The notes beneath the pieces were generated by a model, which was given only the letters and a program-made list of their open reading frames with translations, made no database searches and was not told the DNA's origin. A stretch of DNA of 64,000 bases from Octopus sinensis (lineage: Eukaryota). The translations under genes and the position numbers were made by a program. This document shows, piece by piece, positions 59,305 through 64,000 of the stretch. Numbering within the stretch: the first letter of the stretch is position 1; the number at the start of each line of letters is the position of its first letter. Location: contig NC_043014.1 of NCBI RefSeq assembly GCF_006345805.1, forward strand, positions 38,998,001 through 39,062,000, given 5' to 3'.

Positions 59305-59790
59305 ATATAATAATAATAATAATGAAATTATTGTATACAATGCTCAGGTGCACCACAACTTGTCAGACAGTGCATATAAAGCACATGCAGTAATGTACAA
59401 ATGTCTGGAAAGCGAACAATGCATGAGTCAGATACATGCTTGTGTGTGTATGGAGGGGAGAAAATCAGGTGTAGTGTTGGCGAATCTCAGAAAGCATGGA
59501 AGTTTTGAAGGATGCAGTGCTCCGACAACTAACAACTGATGCCGGCAGTTTGTTCCATGCTTCAGCAACTCTCAGCGTGAAAAAATGTTTCCTAAAGTCA
59601 TGGGAGCTGTGCTGTTTTCTGACTTTGTAAATATGTCCACGGGTGTTAGATGGGTGGAGTTTGAAAAGGTGCTCAGAGTTATTGTTTGTACGATGGTTGA
59701 TAATTTTATGGGTGTCTTCCAAGTCAGCTGCCAGACGTTGGAGTTTCAATGTGTCCATACCCAGGGAAGTAAGGCGTTTTTTTTTCTAAG
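59305..59790 (-). mobile_element. CR1/L2 LINE 3' end with (TAT)n tail
   Basis: LQRLAADL...NTRGHIYKVRKQHSSHDFRKHFFTLRVAEAWNKLPASVV; shorter relatives near 45440-45660 (-) and 57870-57995 (+). Confidence 0.88.
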
Positions 59791-59939
59791 ATGGCAAAGT
59801 GTCAGTAGCCCTTATTGCTATGACACTCTATTGTTGAACAAATGATTTCTTCATAGAAATTCCATTCTTCTTATTGTTGTTGGTTATATTGGTTCAATTT
59901 TTATATTCTTATCTGATCACTGTTTTTTTTATTTTTCAG

Positions 59940-60005
59940 ATTTTCTGCAGTTTTATTGCATTCTTTATCCGTTACCAAGTTGCCAAAATATTCTATGATG
60001 TATGA
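59940..60005 (+). CDS. DPAGT1: DPAGT1 coding exon 8 (IFCSFIAFFIRYQVAKIFYDV-stop)
   Basis: atttttcag acceptor; IRYQ...FYDV C-terminus; TGA at 60003-60005; joined CDS 1236 nt = 411 aa. Confidence 0.95.
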   Translation: MFCSFIAFFIRYQVAKIFYDV

Positions 60006-60048
60006 AATGAAAGTCCAAAAATCAAAAATGATTGATGATAATAACAAT

Positions 60049-60054
60049 AATAAA
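60049..60054 (+). terminator. Putative DPAGT1 polyadenylation signal AATAAA
   Basis: AATAAA about 44 nt after the stop; the region is A-rich, so a chance match is possible. Confidence 0.35.
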
Positions 60055-60698
60055 TTGACAAAAAAATGCAGAAAAAGAAAAACTCTACTTTTTGTAATGT
60101 TATTCATTTCTATGTGTGTGTGTGTAAAATGCAGGTATGTATAGAGGTATAGGTATGCATGTGTGGTAAGAAGTTTGCTTACCAACCACATGGTCCTGGG
60201 TTCAATCCCACTGCATGGTAGCTTAGGGAGCTGTCTTCTGTTATAGCCTTGTGCCATAAAGCTTTGTAAATGGATTTGGTGGATGGAAACTAAAAGAAGC
60301 CTTAGTATATATATGTATATGTGCATGAGTGTGTGTGTGTGTGTGTGTTTGACAACTGGTGTTGATGTGCTTATGTCCTCATAACTTAGCAGCTCAGCAA
60401 AAGACACTGATAGAATAAAGCCAGGTTTTAAAAAAATAGAAAAAATAGGTACTGGGGTCGATTTGTTCAACTAAAATAATTTAAAGTGGTGCCCCACCCC
60501 CAAGGCCACTGTTTAATGACTGAAACAAACGATATGAGATATATATGTATCCCTCTCTGTATATATACACATACACACACACACACACATATATGTATGT
60601 ATATATATATAGGCACAAGAGTAACTGCATGGTTAAGAAATTTGGCTGACTTAACAGTCTTTTAAGGTTGCTTTGAGTGCATCTTTGAATCTTTTACA

Positions 60699-61110
60699 GG
60701 ATCTTTTTGGTTTGAACAGCAGTTTTTAACATAATTTCTAGGTAACTAAAAAATTCTAAACTTCGTATACTGGTAGAATGTGCTTATAAAACATCTTTTT
60801 CTCTTTGCTTTATTGAGAAAATTCTATAGTTTGTAAGATACTTGTTGTTTTTTTTCTTCAATTTCTGCAATTTCAACTAATCAGTGGTGTCTATTGAGTT
60901 AAAAAAGCATTCTGTGCCGTATGAATATGTCCCTCGTTTAAGAAACAGATTGGGTTTATTTACATTTGTGAAGAAAAAAAGATACCCTTCCCCCACACTT
61001 AACCCTAAAACAGATTGAAATGCAATAGATCGATACCAGGGTCATAATTATGGGTGACAATTTCATATGACACCGCTAGAAAAAAACTGCTGTTCAAGCC
61101 GAAAAGATCC
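60699..61110 (-). mobile_element. 412-bp GGATCT-TIR MITE, perfect 8-bp TSD CTTTTACA
   Basis: TSD at 60691-60698 and 61111-61118; reverse-complement homologue of 44155-44570. Confidence 0.93.
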
Positions 61111-61129
61111 CTTTTACAAAATTGACCAA

Positions 61130-61878
61130 CAGGGCCTTAGAGGCAATGACTAGTGACTGAGACATTTGGAAATATGCAGTGCATAAGAAGACCCGTCAAG
61201 CCAAGTGAGACCATAATGTTGTGGCCTATGCCAGGAGTGTAACCAGCACACTTATGCGCACCTTTTCTTCATCAAACACTAAACTCTGCTTGCGAAGACC
61301 TGTTGAGGCAAGTGAAATCAAAATCGAATCAAATTTGATAACTGGTACCCATGCCAGTGGAGCACTAAAAGCATCATCCGAGCATGATCGTTGTCAGAGC
61401 AGCTGATTGGCTTCCATGCTGGTAGCATGTAAAAAGGCTTTTCGAAATATTGATAATGTTTGATTCTCCACCTTCAGCTTACTTGGTATCAATTTGCCCT
61501 GAGAATAAGCACCATTCAAGCATGATCGTTACCAGCGTCGCCTTACTGGCACTTGTGCCAGTGGCACGTGAAAAAAACATTCGAGCGAGATCGTTGCCAG
61601 TGCCGCTGGACTGGCTCCTGTGTAGGTGGCATGTAAAAAACACCATTTGAGCATGGCCATTGCCAGTACTGCCTGACTGGCCCCCATGCCGGTGGCACGT
61701 AAAAGCACCCACTACACTCTCAGAGTGGTTGGCGTTAGGAAAGGAATCCAGCTGTAGAAACTCTGCCAGATGAGATTGGAGCCTGGTGCAGCCTTCTGGT
61801 TCGCCAGTCCTCAGTCAAATCATCCAACCCATGCTAGCATGGAAAGCAGACGTTAAATGATGATGACGATGATGATGA
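61130..61878 (+). mobile_element. Family C RTE 3' portion, longest copy
   Basis: GLTEAMTSD..W.YAV.KKTRQAK-like ORF end, multiple 3'UTR units, (GAT)n tail. Confidence 0.85.
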
Positions 61879-62624
61879 AGCCTATAATTAATACCACACA
61901 GCTCCACAAATAAATCTTGTTATCCATACATTAATGAAAGCATCATTAAGGTGGCACTATCTTGAGAAAAGGTGTGTCTTGGACATTTTTAGATTTGGCA
62001 GAGTCCATCCTTTTCTTCAGGTCTGAACATAGCCATTTCTTTCTGAAAAAGCAACTGATAGACAAAAATAAAGAGACAGAGGAATAGAAGTATCATCCTT
62101 TGGTAAAAGGATTGTACTTTATTAACACTGAAAGGATGAAATGCAAGTTCACCACAATGGCATTCGGGCTCAGAGAGCAATCTATTAAATTCTATATATA
62201 TACATAAATTATATATATATATATGTATATATGAAAAAAACCCACCTTTTATCAATTCAATAATGAAAAATTAAATTATACCATTTGGAAAAATTATATA
62301 TTATGGAAAGATTAAATATAAGATAAAGCATATATTTTGTTATTCTACCAAATATATACGTTTTATTTATTATTTTGCACTTTACTTAATCATCGTTATA
62401 TGCTTTATCTTATATTTATTCTTATATTTAATCTTTCTATATGTAATTTTTCTAAATGGTATAATTTAATTTTTCATTATTGAATTGATAAAAGGTAGGT
62501 TTTTTTTCTAATTTATATATATATATTATATTTTGTGAAATTTGATTTAGTATTTCTAAATTGAATTTTTCCCTGTAAGTTTGGAATAAAATTCCCTCAT
62601 ATTATTATTATTATTATTATTATT

Positions 62625-63085
62625 CAGTAGTTTTATTTTTATAGCGTGCTTTCACTTCACTACCGAGCGCAGCTCTGTGTGCCTTAGGCATGTGCTGTGA
62701 TTTGTTGTGATGCTCTGATGGTTATTGTATGGAAAGTGTTCTGCGTAGGATGTGTGCAGTGCCTAGTAGTGCAATTTTCTGTATGTTATATGTGTTTGTA
62801 AGTCCTGGTGTTTTTGTTATGTATTTGTCTGAATATTTTTTTATCATGCCTAATAGTCTGATAGGAATTGTTTCTGTTTTTAGATTCCACATTCTGGTTA
62901 CCTCTATTTCCAGGTCTTTGTATTTTGAAAGTTTATTGTTGTGTGGCTTCTATCTACATTTTCCTGGTGTATTTTTTCTTTTAGATGTTCTATTTCTATT
63001 TCTGATATTTTTTTTGCGTTGAGAATGTATCTTCGTACGTTAGCTAGTTTATTAGGGTTCATTGCTGTATCCAAGTCTATATTTA
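62625..63085 (-). mobile_element. R4/Dong-type non-LTR 3' fragment embedded in (TAA)n
   Basis: Minus frames KLSKYKDLEIEVTRMWNLKTETIP...IQKIALLGTAHILRRTLSIQ-stop; (TTA)n on both sides. Confidence 0.85.
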
Positions 63086-63116
63086 TGTTATTATTATTAT
63101 TATTATTATTATTATA

Positions 63117-63160
<44 letters not shown>

Positions 63161-64000
63161 CATTATCTATATATTACATGTGTGTATGTGAAGGTGTGTG
63201 GCCTAGTGGTTATGTGTGTTGCATTCATAACCATGTGATCATGGTTTCAATTCCCAGAATGGCTGCACATAATGCTCTTAAGCAAAACACTTCATTTCAT
63301 ATTTCTCCAGTCCACTCAGTTGCAAGTGGGTAACTCTGCAATGGCCTAGCCTCCCCCACCAATCATAGAATGCTATCTTGCTCACCTATCCAGCAGGGTG
63401 GCATCATTCAAAAGCTAAAACGATGCAAAGGGCATTGTGACCAGCAATCTTTAATAACAGTCTGGATGATCATGTGATCATCATCATCATCATCATCATA
63501 ATTGTTTAACATCTGTTTTCCATGCTGGCATAGGTTGGACAGTTTGACATGGAGCCGTCCAGACTCCAATTGTGTATTGTGACAGGGTTCCTACAGCTGG
63601 ATGCTCTTCCTAGCGCCAACCACTTAACAGAGTTTGCTGGGTGCTTTTATGTGCTACATAAATATATGTCTTGGTGTGTTTATGTTTCCTGTAACTTAGT
63701 AGTTCAGCAAAAGAGACTGATAGAATAAGCACCAGGCTAAAAAAGAAAAAAAGTACTGGGGTAGATTCATTCGACTAAAAATTCTTCAAGGAAGTGCCCC
63801 AGCATGGCCACAGTCAAATGATTTAAATAACTAAAAGATATAAAATAAAAGATTAATTCTCTCTTTGCATTACATCTTTTTTGTTTATACATACACACAC
63901 AAATGCATAATGTAAGTAATATATATAATATATATATAAATTAGAGAAAAAACGCTATTATGCAATTCAAACAATGATAGACATAAACCAAATCATAAAT

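Noticed and set aside
59901-60470. 189-aa minus-strand ORF, the longest in the track
   Set aside because: Composed of a reversed family A SINE, microsatellite and the antisense of DPAGT1 exon 8

Overview
AT-rich, repeat-dense eukaryotic genomic DNA, most likely a cephalopod (octopus). That assignment is inferred from the tRNA-derived SINE families and the (TA)n/(CAT)n microsatellite load. Two spliced housekeeping genes can be rebuilt exon by exon on the + strand with GT-AG junctions and consistent phases. NEDD8 has 5 coding exons (10600-24611, 81 aa), with two 18-nt exons and one 30-nt exon. DPAGT1 (UDP-GlcNAc:dolichyl-phosphate GlcNAc-1-P transferase) has 8 coding exons (35544-60005, 411 aa). 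Almost all ORFs in the supplied track are microsatellite or repeat artefacts. The rest is a layered transposon landscape: several tRNA-derived SINE families, 5'-truncated RTE, CR1/L2, Tx1 and R4/Dong LINE ends, a Penelope GIY-YIG remnant, mariner, hAT, piggyBac and Helitron derivatives, and GG-terminated MITEs with 8-9 bp target-site duplications (TSDs). The most unusual observations are five. (1) A minimal hammerhead-ribozyme-like core in the centre of a palindromic element (30980-31015). (2) A 37-bp micro-transposon with a perfect 8-bp TSD (28761-28813), whose ~415-bp relatives lie at 44155 and 60699. (3) A ~240-bp spacerless palindrome in NEDD8 intron 3. (4) Many intronic inverted repeats that could form dsRNA. 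(5) A tentative phase-compatible minus-strand exon chain between the two genes. No CRISPR array, rRNA or bona fide tRNA gene is supported. Family names A-E below are my own labels. No database search was run.
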